Positions 40,201 to 48,875 of a stretch of 64,000 nt of DNA are shown in pieces. Source of the stretch: Bacteroidia bacterium (GTDB lineage: Bacteria; Bacteroidota; Bacteroidia; M30B66). The notes under the pieces were generated by a model. It was not told the DNA's origin, did no database searches, and worked only from the letters and a program-made list of their open reading frames with translations. The translations under genes were made by a program, and so were the position numbers. Position 1 is the first letter of the stretch. Each line of letters starts with the position of its first letter. Where the stretch lies: contig OZ257142.1 of the NCBI GenBank assembly GCA_965279035.1, positions 2,880,001-2,944,000 on the forward strand, written 5' to 3'.

Positions 40201-42327
40201 AGTTCCGATTCCTCCTGTTAATACAGGATTACCGTTATTGATAGTCACATTCGAACCCGAACACATCGTAAAATCGGAAACCGAAATTTGAGGTGCATCG
40301 CTCACCTGAACACTAATGGTGTTGGTTGCCGTAGCACACTGATTCGAAACAGTAACTGAAATTTGAGGTGATCCAGAAGTAGGGAAAATCACATTCCCCG
40401 GATCGGTTCCGCTGTATGTGGCAGGAGTTCCACCTTGGAATGTCCAGCTTGGCGTGTTTAGAATTCCTCCGCCATTATCATATACAGCCGATGGATCAAC
40501 CGTATAAGGTGCACAACCAGCAACTATAGCTGAAATAGCTACGGTCGGAGGTGAAACAACCGTGTATTGAACATTATCGGTTGTTGTTCCGCAAGCGTTC
40601 GTGGTCGAAAGTGTTACGGTATAAACGCCATCGGTAGTTAAGAGAAATGTAGGTTCAAATGAGTTGGCATTTCCCGTTTGGAAACCTGCTGTTGGAGAAA
40701 TACTCCACTGATAAACTGGCGCAGCACAACCTGCAACACCTGTAGAAGTATTATCAGTTGTTATGGTTACTGGTGCGCAAGAACCGCTCGCTGTTGTAGT
40801 AAAATCGGCAGTTATTGGATTCACCACACAGAGCGTTTGTGTGATTACATTATCTCCACAAAAGGAATTACCAATGCGTTGGGTAATTTGATACGTTCCT
40901 GCTTGGGTAAAGGTAAATCCCAATTGATCGGTTCCCGCAGTCCAGCCGGCATAAGGAGCACTATTCGTAGAACCAAACGTTCCAGAAGTGAGCGTCCAAC
41001 CGGTTGCTGGCGTAATACTCCAAACAACTTTGTAGTTAGAAGTACATCCGTTAATAGTAACCACATCGCCGGGATCGCCTGTATTGGTAACTGTTACCGT
41101 AGAATTTACACAAGCTGGATTCGGATTTATCGTAAAAGCAGCTACTGGTGGTGTAGATATCCGGATAGGCTCAATGGTAGCTTGTCCTTCACCACATGGG
41201 TTAATGGCTTTTATCTGACAATAGTAGGCATTGGCGTAATTGGGAGAAGAATTTCCGCAGGATGTTGTTGTAAAGGTATGTGTAAACGAAGCCGGTGGCG
41301 GATGGTTGTATGTAACCATGGGTGAACCATCGTTGTAGGTAACTTCATAATAAGTTCCTGCAACATTATTGCTTACGTTACTGATTTGATAAGATGCTGT
41401 ATAAGCTGCGCAGGTATCAACCTGTTGTCCATTTAATCCGATACTGGGCGTACTTCCAACGAAAACCTGATACGTATTGACTGAAAGGCAACCAGTAGGA
41501 CCAGTAATAGTGTATGTTAACGTATACGTTCCAACGGAATAATTGTGAATTAAACCTGAAGGTTCTGTTGCACTTGTCCAATTAGCTGTTGCATCTCCCC
41601 AGTTAATCGTATAATTCTGAATCCAAGGAAGATTGGGAGTATTGTCGCTAATTGAAATATTTGCATTTGGATTATTGGTACATTTTTTCAAAAACCATAA
41701 GCCATTAAACTGAACCAAAGAGTTCGAACTCAAGAGCGGTGGATCAGGTATTTCGTGAATTTGAATGGTATGCTGAATGATGTCTGAACGTCCAGCCGCA
41801 TTGGTAACAATAAGTGTTACAGTTACAGTTTGATTACCAACACCCGGAGGAATGTTAAATGTATGAGAACCTGGGTTTTGTTGATTCGAAGTAGTTCCAT
41901 CTCCCCAAATCCAGAAATAGGTATTCCCAGCAACATGAACCGTGTTGTTCGTAATGGTAACGGCGGTTTCGTCGCAGACTGGACCAGCAGGCATAGTAAA
42001 TAATGCAGTTGGACAAGCACCTGCAGCAACGGTAACAACTACGGTATCTAAAGTAGCAGCGCAACCTGGCGCCTGAACCGTTAGTACATAGGATGTAGTT
42101 GCAGCTGGAGAAGCTAGATAAGTAGGAGTTGCAGCCACATTTGCCCCACCTAAAATATTCCATTGATAGGAAGTAATGGCTCCTGTTGCTCCTGTTAAGG
42201 TGGCTGTTCCTCCTAAATAGGCTGTTCCTCCATTACAAATGGTGATATTATTACCAATATTCAAATCGCACTGAGCATTCAAACATCCTCCAATGACTGA
42301 AAATAGAAGCATCCAAATGAGCTTCAT
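34288..42327 (-). CDS. Giant PKD/Ig-repeat surface protein with T9SS type B (gliding motility-associated) CTD
   Basis: Many WDFGDG PKD and AGxDxxxC/GGTW repeats; IYIPSSFTPNGDGKND..IFDRWG..WDGT CTD; ATG 42327 (MKLIWMLLF) preferred over TTG 42378. Confidence 0.9.
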   Translation of the reverse strand: MKLIWMLLFSVIGGCLNAQCDLNIGNNITICNGGTAYLGGTATLTGATGAITSYQWNILGGANVAATPTYLASPAATTSYVLTVQAPGCAATLDTVVVTVAAGACPTALFTMPAGPVCDETAVTITNNTVHVAGNTYFWIWGDGTTSNQQNPGSHTFNIPPGVGNQTVTVTLIVTNAAGRSDIIQHTIQIHEIPDPPLLSSNSLVQFNGLWFLKKCTNNPNANISISDNTPNLPWIQNYTINWGDATANWTSATEPSGLIHNYSVGTYTLTYTITGPTGCLSVNTYQVFVGSTPSIGLNGQQVDTCAAYTASYQISNVSNNVAGTYYEVTYNDGSPMVTYNHPPPASFTHTFTTTSCGNSSPNYANAYYCQIKAINPCGEGQATIEPIRISTPPVAAFTINPNPACVNSTVTVTNTGDPGDVVTINGCTSNYKVVWSITPATGWTLTSGTFGSTNSAPYAGWTAGTDQLGFTFTQAGTYQITQRIGNSFCGDNVITQTLCVVNPITADFTTTASGSCAPVTITTDNTSTGVAGCAAPVYQWSISPTAGFQTGNANSFEPTFLLTTDGVYTVTLSTTNACGTTTDNVQYTVVSPPTVAISAIVAGCAPYTVDPSAVYDNGGGILNTPSWTFQGGTPATYSGTDPGNVIFPTSGSPQISVTVSNQCATATNTISVQVSDAPQISVSDFTMCSGSNVTINNGNPVLTGGIGTPPYTYNWSGAGGSSSQSNPTINLSNSGTSPSVQTLTLIATDDVGCSSTDNIDVTVNPLPILNVTSTSPVNNANDGFEMCAGSPPVVLNVGADIPGTTFTWSPSGGLNGSTGPTVDANPGTSTQYTVTGYDATTGCYSSGYPVTISVNALPVVDAGNDLVLCSQGIPAILLAQTPTGGVWTDPSPLTGTLNTNDTYLPDAPGSIDTLLYTYTDAEGCINSDLLPISVLAPSLPVAGPDSNFCLNAIPYHLTMGMPFGGIWTGPGVTYGLPDTTFVPSSAGVGIHDLVYTIGLNTTCETHDTIQVEVYSIPTLVIPPDQETCHHDTISFVATASGGLYPYTWAWYPAFWALVSSSDSTVTMVPGNPGATNLYAPVTIEVTDSNHCLVSNWFELTVHPLPVITAGPDTSICFSPTVPYTLSGFSPATGGSWTTAPSNQGTLVGLNYTSGGLGVDSIFYHYTDALGCTNHDTLLINVGSPISINAGTGFHRCITDAAVLLPMPQPSNPPAQFNAYWTGSGISNVGTNYYFDPSTAGAGNFTLTYIYETGATCAASDTIHVIVGGLPVVNAGANAGVCGGDTISLSGSVQAGTGTSPFVYQWSPATGLSSTTILNPEYASVATGLAVPVIQSITLTVTDSYGCQVSDVVDVSVNPIPNVIAPDYSFCNQLIAETLTGATPAGGTWTSSNTTISSAGVFTPNGNGVFNVVYHYTDASGCSASDPSTITVSTPPVTSIGSNLEVCAQSGIITFTPSFVSVPATWTGSATAAGQFDPLVAGTYNIIFNTGTGSCRVSDTTEVLVDPLPIVNAGNNVSICNNAAPIVLSGQSPTTGGTGVWSGTGITNTATGAFDPTGMPIGNSWVYYQFTIAATGCVATDSLQVSMHGPSPISFGSTQLDYCFTSFINSLGLVTALPAGGVWTGNGVSSSGGGYVFVTPNIGTTNLTYTYTNGFGCVSDSIIPAVVIAPTYASANGGADIQFCHDADTTYTLQATPAGGSWVFPSWLNANGTFSGNLADTSIAVYTYGTFGCQTWDTITVQVHALPIVKAGPDRVDCINAACLQLDQFQPVNGNGLPPATGFWAGQGSISATGTYCPQLSPPGTNQLIYTYTQPVTGCVNRDTLLYLVHPMPQASLSLPAAFCHNAPYNLIQTSVGDTSFPGAFQSEWTVLDENLSTILSSTNASPAITFVDTGTYSIQLIITTATGCKDTIQATVLSVDPPTAEFTMSADTVCAPAPIVLTNISVGFAPSFTWSVTGVYSNNQPLPDTILLPMPVLHDTTYLVHVNVQNLCGADDYELPVFARVSPTPVFTVDAQTGCSPFVPVFSNLSYGQPDSFFWELGDGTTSTDTVPVGHGFIAQNNDTSVYATRLIVENGCRIDTMLLYITALPNTVTSFFNTDPPWGCAPLPVNFTNISAGATDYLWDFGDGSPLQTAEDISHTYTTGGNFTISLVAKDACSIDTSYANVLVYAAPDVAFTLDENVICLGTTLSINNLSTGSAAYSWTFGNGEDAVGFEPPYLYPAQGNFQIRLIGYSPVFGCPDTTYQQVQVDAVPQIDFLADPVQGCMPLHVTFTNSTQFSTSQEWDFGNGFTSTAFSPSTNYLGQGTYLATITAHNFNFAANLDCPAQAQVEIDVFPKPLSSFTLDANSACGPPASTGVQNQSSAGMAYIWTWENQTSMLFEPLLTFADTGMKQVSLVVSNEYSCSDTTQSYFEVIGQPVNDLRITPPAGCAPMDIEFESFTQYGDTWEWDFGDGTTGMGGPTTQHQYTEPGVYDITMRITSQDQCASDTLVTSAVVVYPNAHAEFTVSPDEIATSYPLAQFENMSTGANSFEFDMGDGSTYPDFINQHIYDITAESEFIITLIANNSFNCPDTVQHALKVAPAPSIYIPSSFTPNGDGKNDSFGPVLLETPKVFDFLIFDRWGHLVFETFNKDEKWDGTLYNNGKKPIKQDVYVYKVVLGFSLDEVKEIYGNVTVIY

Positions 42328-42374
42328 TTTTCTCAGTCTGAAACTGGCTAAGCGTATATGGTTAACGAGCTGGA

Positions 42375-45300
42375 TCAATGAATTACCGTGATATTACCGT
42401 AAAGATTAAATATTTGATCCGACTCAAAAATGGCAGTTAGTTTATACACATACACATCCTGCTTAATTGCCTTTTTCCCTTTATTTTTAAAGGTTCCATC
42501 CCATTCTGTATCTCGATTAAACGTATCAAAAACGAGATGTCCCCAACGATCATAAATGGCAAAATAATAATAGTGTGGAGCTCGATCTAGAAATGGTTTA
42601 AAACCATCGTTTGTGCCGTCGCTATTGGGACTGAAAGAATTTGGAATATAAATATTGGGTGCCGATTTTATGTAGATTTCAGTGAATGACGTATCAGGAC
42701 AATTGAAGATATTATTAGCAATCAAGCTGAGTTGAACAAAGCCTGTATCTGGATTGTCGAAAATGTAGTTTGCAGGTATGTCTTCACTAATTAATTGATC
42801 CTCTATAAAGAACTGATACTGATTGGCTTCTTGGCTATTATTTACTAAATCAATTCGAGGAGATGACTCCGAAATTACAGAAGGGCTCACCGACAATTCA
42901 GCTTGAGCTGTTGGAAAAACATGAATGACCTCAACCAAGATAGAATCGTTCGAACACAATCCTCCTGTAGAAACTAACAATTCAACTGAATACAATCCAG
43001 CTTCTTCATACACATGACTAACAGAATCAATGGTAGAAAACTGTCCATCTCCAAAAGCCCACTGGACTTGATTTCCATAAGAACTCAAATTATCAAATGT
43101 CACCTCGTGTGGAGCACAACCATTTGGTAGATCAATGGTTAAAGCGATACTTGGTTGTCCAAGAACTTGAAAAGATGAATAAGAAGTATCGCGACAAGCA
43201 AACGCATTTTCAGCTATTAAACGCACCTGGTGTGCACCTGTATCGGCAAATTGAAGAATCGGTTCAAAATCAGTTGAACTGCTCGATTCCCAAAGCCAAG
43301 TATAAGTATCACCACCAGTAGAAGTATTACTTACCGCTGTTTGTGCAGGTGGACCGCAAGCAGAGTCGGTAGCCATGACAAAGGAACTTTGAGGAGAAGG
43401 ATTTACATGAATAGTAACAAAAGCTGTATCAGGACAATCAGCTCCAATTCCTTGGTAATTATGAGCAATCAGCTGCGCTTGAAAATCGCCTGATTGGGCA
43501 AGCAGAATCTGTGGTTCGGCTAGGATAGAACTTGTTCCATCTGGAAAATGCCATTCATAGCCAGTAGCTTGCGTACTTGTATTGAAAAACTGAACCTGCA
43601 AAGGCATGCAACCCGTATCAGGATCGGCTGAAACATTGATTATCGGAAATGGAACTACATCTACCGTTTGACTAATTGTATCCACACAACCGGTAGCGGC
43701 ATTTTGTCCGTATAACTGAATCGTTTGGTTTCCTGTTACTGTGTAGATATGATTTAAAGAAGTTGATATCGGACTAACAGTTCCATCACCAAAATCAATA
43801 ATCACATTGGAACTATTCAGAGAAGAATTGGTGATTTGCACTTGACTGCTTTCACAAATAGATGGTTGATCAATGCTGAATGCGAGTTCGGGTCCAGCTA
43901 AGACAGTAACGCTATTCAAAATCGTATCAACCAAACAGAAATTCGAAACAGTAAGCATCACGTTGAATACTCCAGGAGATTCGTAAATATGAGAAACAGA
44001 ATCTCCAGCAATGCCTGTACTATCGCCAAAATCCCAGAGATAATAAGTCAAATCTCCTAAAGGAAAATTAAAATCTACTTCCAGCGGAGAGCATCCAACA
44101 ATGGGTGTTTGAGCAGTTGGATTGATGTGATCAGGATAAACAATCACATTCGTTGCAGCATTCGCGTTTCCGCAGGTATTGCCTATTTGTAGCGTGATTG
44201 GAATGAAGCTAACTGTATCTGTTGTTGTGTATGTATGAGCTGGAGGAAGCGAATCGGTTGAAGTTGTTCCATCACCCAAATCCCATATAAACCAATCAGG
44301 AGAACCATAACTCACATTCTGTATCACAGCCGAAAATGGCGAACATCCTTGACTATAATCTGTCCCAATGAGCGCAACCGGAACAGGACGAATAACCACC
44401 GAATCGACAGCCGTTCGAGTTCCACAAAGATTGCTAACCGAAAGCGTAACATGATAAAGCGAATCAGCTATGATAGGCGCTGCAAATACAGGTAAAATCG
44501 GAATGGTATCGGTTGAACCCGGACTTGATGGACCAAAATCCCATAAGAAGGAAATCTGATAACCGGATGAAGTATTCGTTACCGTCTCCTGATGTGGTCC
44601 ACAAATAACATTATCGGCTAAACTAAAAGCAGCTGTAGGCGGTGCAACAACTGTAAAGTAAGCAGTATCGCGGGTTTCGCAGTTATAGATTGAATAACAG
44701 ATTTGTTCGATTAGATACGAACCAGCTGTAGCAATATTCACACTAGGTGAAGCCAAAGTGCTTGTTTGAACCACAGCGCCTGTCAGGGTATTCTTCACAT
44801 TCCACGCAAAAGTGGCAGCTGCGCCTGAACTTAAATTCGTTACTGGAACTGGTGTATTAATGCAGAATAAAGGATTGATTGATAATCCCGGAACTGGCAT
44901 TGGAACAATGGTCACAAGCAAAGTATCGGTATTCGAACACGTGGTTGTTGGGTTTTGATAAGTGTAAATAACTTGATTTACACCATTATTGGCTGTGGCA
45001 GCACAAAATTGTCCGCTTGCTGTATTGGCAATTCCAGGTCCCGACCATGCTCCACCAAGTGGCGAAGGCGCAACTAAGTTGAAACAAGGATCAGCAGCAC
45101 ATAATTGCTGATCTAAACCGGCATGAACTACCGGTAAAGGATGAATAGTAACATGTGCTGTATCATACACCAAACACGAACCTCCGCCCACAGCATAAAC
45201 TGCATTGAATGTTCCCACATTATTGCTGATGAACGTCCCATTTGCATTTAACCAACTAGGGTTTACCCAAGTACCAGCTGGTGTTCCAGTCAGCTGATGA

Positions 45301-48300
45301 GATAAAGATGAAAAACAAAACGCCGTATCAGGACCAGCATTCGCAGCTGTTGGAATACTTACGTTAATCAATACCGTATCGCGATTCACACAAGTATTTG
45401 CATCGGTGTAAGTATAATACACCGAAAATGAACCTGCGGCACTTGGCGTATAAGTAGCTGTATCCTGCGGTGCGATTATGTTTGAGCCGTATGTAAGCCC
45501 AGTACCTGTCCAAAAACCACCTGAAGGACTAGCAGTTAGTTGACTTCCAAAAGGAGTTAAACACACATTGAGAACAGCAGGATTGAGAACAATGTTAGGC
45601 AGAGCATTCACATTTACCTGTAAGGCGTCTGATGCAGAACATCCAGTTGCTGTTGAAGTGAATGTGTAAGTGATTGGAAAAACTCCAGCTCCCGAAACAC
45701 TCGGATTAAAAACTCCAGTCGTTGCATTTGTGATTCCTGTTCCTGACCAAGACCAAGTTCCACCAGTAGTGGGACTTTCACCTGGAAAGGTATAAGCTGG
45801 CGAATTAGCACAAAGTATCACATCCGAACCGGCATTCACAGTTGGAGGAGCGATAACGGTCACTTGTAAACTTCCGCCTACGGCACAAAACCCTGCTCCA
45901 ACCGAATAGCTAACGACAAAAACGCCCACTGCATCAGGAGTAAAAACTCCACCTGAAGTTAAAGTGGCTGTGCTGCTGGTCCAGTTTCCACCGGGCGTGG
46001 CAGCAAACAACTGAAAATTGCCGCTATTGAGACAAACAGTTGTATCGGGTGTAAGTTGCAATGAACCAGGAACTTGAACATGCACCACCATGGTATCAGA
46101 ACGCGTACATCCAGAACTGGAAATGGTGTAAAAAAGTGAATCAGTTCCAGCTGCTACGGGCGTGTAAGCTCCTGTAGTTGTAACGTTATCACCTGTCCAA
46201 GTTCCTCCTACTGGAGTTCCATTCATTTGGATGGTGGATGGATTGAGACAGATTGTTTGATCTGCTCCTGCATTGACAACAGGAACAGGATTGACCGTTA
46301 CCAAAGCCACATCTGTTGCTTGACAGGAATGAAAATCGGTGAGCGTAACGGTAATGTTGCTTGTTGATGATAAATTCGCAACTACACTAGCTCCAACAGA
46401 AGCGCTTAATCCTGCCGATGGATTCCAAGAGTAGGAATAAGGACCTAATCCACCCGAACCAACAGCAGTTAGCGTTGCTGGACTTCCTTCACAAACGGTA
46501 GGATTATTCACGTTCACCGTTGGAGCAGCATAAACGGTCATTTGCATTTGATCGGTTGAAGCACAAGTTCCAGAACCAAAACTGTAAGTCAAATTAATGA
46601 CTCCTGCTGCAGTTGGAGTAAATAGTCCAGAACCAGAAACATCTGTGCCTGACCATGTTCCTCCAGCAGGTGTTCCATTAAGTTGAAGAGGAGTTGCTCC
46701 AACGCAAATATGTTGATCTAAACCTGCACCAGCAGGACTTGGATTGACTACACTCACTATGATTTGATCGCTCGACGTACACGTGTTTGCATTGGTGAAT
46801 GTGTAAGTGAGCGTATAATTTCCTAATCCGGGAGGAGTGAATGCTCCACCAGCAGTGACGCCTGTTCCAGACCAAGTTCCGCCGGTTGGAGTTCCTGTTA
46901 GTTGAGTTACTTGTGCATTATTACACACCGAAATATCTGAACCGGCTGCAACGGATGGTAGCGGATTAACTGTTATGTTAGAGACAGCATTGGCTGTGCA
47001 GGTATGAGCATCGGTAACTGTGACGGTATAGCTGGTGGAATTTAAAGGTGCGGGTGAAGTGGTAACAGATGCTCCGGAACTTGCACTTAATCCAGCACTT
47101 GGCGACCATGAATACGTGTAAGGTCCTAATCCGGCTGCTCCTACAGCAGTAAGCGTTGCATTAGCTCCGGCACAAATCACAGGGCTATTTACTGAAACCG
47201 TTGGTGGAGTGTAAACGGTAATTATTTTTTGATCTGAAACAGCACAAGGTCCGGTACCGAATGAATAGGTCAGCGTGAAGTTTCCTGGAGTTGTAGGTGT
47301 AAATATTCCACCTGATGTTACGCCTGTTCCTGACCAAGTTCCACCTGTTGGAGTTGCTGTAAGTTGAATGGCTGGTGAACCTGGACAAAGAAACTGATCA
47401 GATCCGGCATTAGCTGCTGTAGGAGTGATAACTGAAACGATAACTTGATCGGTAACTGCAGGACAACCTGTTCCAGCTGAAGCAGGAATGGTGTAGGTAA
47501 GAGTGAAGTTTCCAGTAGCACCGGGAGTGAATAATCCAGAAGCGTTAACACCCGTGCCTGACCAAGTTCCACCCGCTGGAGTACCTGTTAATTGAATGGC
47601 TGGTGATCCCACACACACCGATTGGTCCGAACCAGCATTCGCTGTAGCAGCTTGATTAACAGTAACATTATGGTTGATAGAAGCCGAGCATCCTGACAAA
47701 GCACTGATACTTGCCGTTAAGGTAACAGTGTATGTTCCGGATGCTGAAAAAGTAAAAGAAGGAGAAGTTGAACTAGAATTGCTTGCACCATTAAATGCCC
47801 AATTACTTGCAGGCGAAATACTCCAATTGTAGGAATAAGTTGGTGTGTAGCAAGACGAAGGTGTAATTGCAGTTGTATTATTTGCTGTGACACTCAAATT
47901 GGGAGGAATACATCCAAAACTCGGATTCAGATTAAATTGTGGATTTGGTGGAGGAACTACACAAACGGGAACCGACATGGTATCTAGTCCGCAGGTATTG
48001 GCAATCCAGATTTTAACACGGTAGTTTCCAGCTGTATTAAATTGAACACTCAAAGGTGTTGAACCTTGCGTCCATACATCATAATCCGAAGCACTTGGGA
48101 ATCCATTGTTGCCTCCCATGCTTGCTGCACTCGCAGTCCAACCTGCTGCTGGTGAGATTGTCCAATAAGAAATTGCACCAGTTGTGGAGCATGTATATCC
48201 AGCACTTGGATCAATATAAACTCCCTGTGAGGAATTGTTGTTAAATGAAACAGAAGAACCAACACACACAGTTGAGGTAAGTGGTGAGATAATCGCATCG

Positions 48301-48683
48301 GGTGGTGATGAAATTACAATGGGCGAAACAGCTGCAGTAAAGGGCGAGTTTGTAGGGCTAGATGCTGTAATGGTTGCCCCAAAAACATTACTGGTTGTTT
48401 GGAAAGCAGCTCCACATGAATTTGTAGTGTAAGTATGCGTAACCGAAGCTGGAATATTCGCTTGTGTGAAGTTTAATACAGCACTACCATCTCCAAAATT
48501 GACAACATACGTGGTGTTCGCCGGATTGCCTGCAATGTTAGTAATCGGAAAAGTCAACGTATACGGAGCGCACCCAGCCGTATTTCCATTTGAATTGAAA
48601 CCCAGCGTAAGCTGCGCAAATCCAGAGGTCTGAAGCAGAACAATAGAAAAAAGTAATAATAGCGACTTAGCTATTTTCAGCAC
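42375..48683 (-). CDS. Giant PKD/Ig-repeat surface protein with T9SS type B CTD (paralog of the neighbour)
   Basis: Signal peptide; repeated QLTGTPAGGTWSGTGV; IYIPNSFSPNSDGTND..IYDRWG..WDGT..QDVYVYK CTD. Confidence 0.9.
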   Translation of the reverse strand: MLKIAKSLLLLFSIVLLQTSGFAQLTLGFNSNGNTAGCAPYTLTFPITNIAGNPANTTYVVNFGDGSAVLNFTQANIPASVTHTYTTNSCGAAFQTTSNVFGATITASSPTNSPFTAAVSPIVISSPPDAIISPLTSTVCVGSSVSFNNNSSQGVYIDPSAGYTCSTTGAISYWTISPAAGWTASAASMGGNNGFPSASDYDVWTQGSTPLSVQFNTAGNYRVKIWIANTCGLDTMSVPVCVVPPPNPQFNLNPSFGCIPPNLSVTANNTTAITPSSCYTPTYSYNWSISPASNWAFNGASNSSSTSPSFTFSASGTYTVTLTASISALSGCSASINHNVTVNQAATANAGSDQSVCVGSPAIQLTGTPAGGTWSGTGVNASGLFTPGATGNFTLTYTIPASAGTGCPAVTDQVIVSVITPTAANAGSDQFLCPGSPAIQLTATPTGGTWSGTGVTSGGIFTPTTPGNFTLTYSFGTGPCAVSDQKIITVYTPPTVSVNSPVICAGANATLTAVGAAGLGPYTYSWSPSAGLSASSGASVTTSPAPLNSTSYTVTVTDAHTCTANAVSNITVNPLPSVAAGSDISVCNNAQVTQLTGTPTGGTWSGTGVTAGGAFTPPGLGNYTLTYTFTNANTCTSSDQIIVSVVNPSPAGAGLDQHICVGATPLQLNGTPAGGTWSGTDVSGSGLFTPTAAGVINLTYSFGSGTCASTDQMQMTVYAAPTVNVNNPTVCEGSPATLTAVGSGGLGPYSYSWNPSAGLSASVGASVVANLSSTSNITVTLTDFHSCQATDVALVTVNPVPVVNAGADQTICLNPSTIQMNGTPVGGTWTGDNVTTTGAYTPVAAGTDSLFYTISSSGCTRSDTMVVHVQVPGSLQLTPDTTVCLNSGNFQLFAATPGGNWTSSTATLTSGGVFTPDAVGVFVVSYSVGAGFCAVGGSLQVTVIAPPTVNAGSDVILCANSPAYTFPGESPTTGGTWSWSGTGITNATTGVFNPSVSGAGVFPITYTFTSTATGCSASDALQVNVNALPNIVLNPAVLNVCLTPFGSQLTASPSGGFWTGTGLTYGSNIIAPQDTATYTPSAAGSFSVYYTYTDANTCVNRDTVLINVSIPTAANAGPDTAFCFSSLSHQLTGTPAGTWVNPSWLNANGTFISNNVGTFNAVYAVGGGSCLVYDTAHVTIHPLPVVHAGLDQQLCAADPCFNLVAPSPLGGAWSGPGIANTASGQFCAATANNGVNQVIYTYQNPTTTCSNTDTLLVTIVPMPVPGLSINPLFCINTPVPVTNLSSGAAATFAWNVKNTLTGAVVQTSTLASPSVNIATAGSYLIEQICYSIYNCETRDTAYFTVVAPPTAAFSLADNVICGPHQETVTNTSSGYQISFLWDFGPSSPGSTDTIPILPVFAAPIIADSLYHVTLSVSNLCGTRTAVDSVVIRPVPVALIGTDYSQGCSPFSAVIQNVSYGSPDWFIWDLGDGTTSTDSLPPAHTYTTTDTVSFIPITLQIGNTCGNANAATNVIVYPDHINPTAQTPIVGCSPLEVDFNFPLGDLTYYLWDFGDSTGIAGDSVSHIYESPGVFNVMLTVSNFCLVDTILNSVTVLAGPELAFSIDQPSICESSQVQITNSSLNSSNVIIDFGDGTVSPISTSLNHIYTVTGNQTIQLYGQNAATGCVDTISQTVDVVPFPIINVSADPDTGCMPLQVQFFNTSTQATGYEWHFPDGTSSILAEPQILLAQSGDFQAQLIAHNYQGIGADCPDTAFVTIHVNPSPQSSFVMATDSACGPPAQTAVSNTSTGGDTYTWLWESSSSTDFEPILQFADTGAHQVRLIAENAFACRDTSYSSFQVLGQPSIALTIDLPNGCAPHEVTFDNLSSYGNQVQWAFGDGQFSTIDSVSHVYEEAGLYSVELLVSTGGLCSNDSILVEVIHVFPTAQAELSVSPSVISESSPRIDLVNNSQEANQYQFFIEDQLISEDIPANYIFDNPDTGFVQLSLIANNIFNCPDTSFTEIYIKSAPNIYIPNSFSPNSDGTNDGFKPFLDRAPHYYYFAIYDRWGHLVFDTFNRDTEWDGTFKNKGKKAIKQDVYVYKLTAIFESDQIFNLYGNITVIH

Positions 48684-48875
48684 AATTTGAGGTTAGGAAA
48701 TGCGAAAGTAATAATAACAAAAATGTTTAACGCTATATTAATATAGTAGGTTTCCAATTTTAGGGTGGTTTTGTTTGAAAAATAAGATTTTGATTGAAGA
48801 AAAATAATTAGAAAAATCAAAATAAAAATTCATTGAAGTGACTGATATGCATGGCTTTTTTGTTTATTTGAACCT

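Noticed and set aside
34350-48432. Many short antisense or alternate-frame ORFs inside the giant genes (for example 40678-41325, 37685-38083)
   Set aside because: Shadow ORFs expected from the codon bias of Gly/Thr/Pro-rich genes; no recognisable motifs
34288-48683. Visibly higher GC as evidence of horizontal transfer
   Set aside because: Largely explained by Gly/Ala/Pro/Thr-rich composition; no integrase or att sites seen
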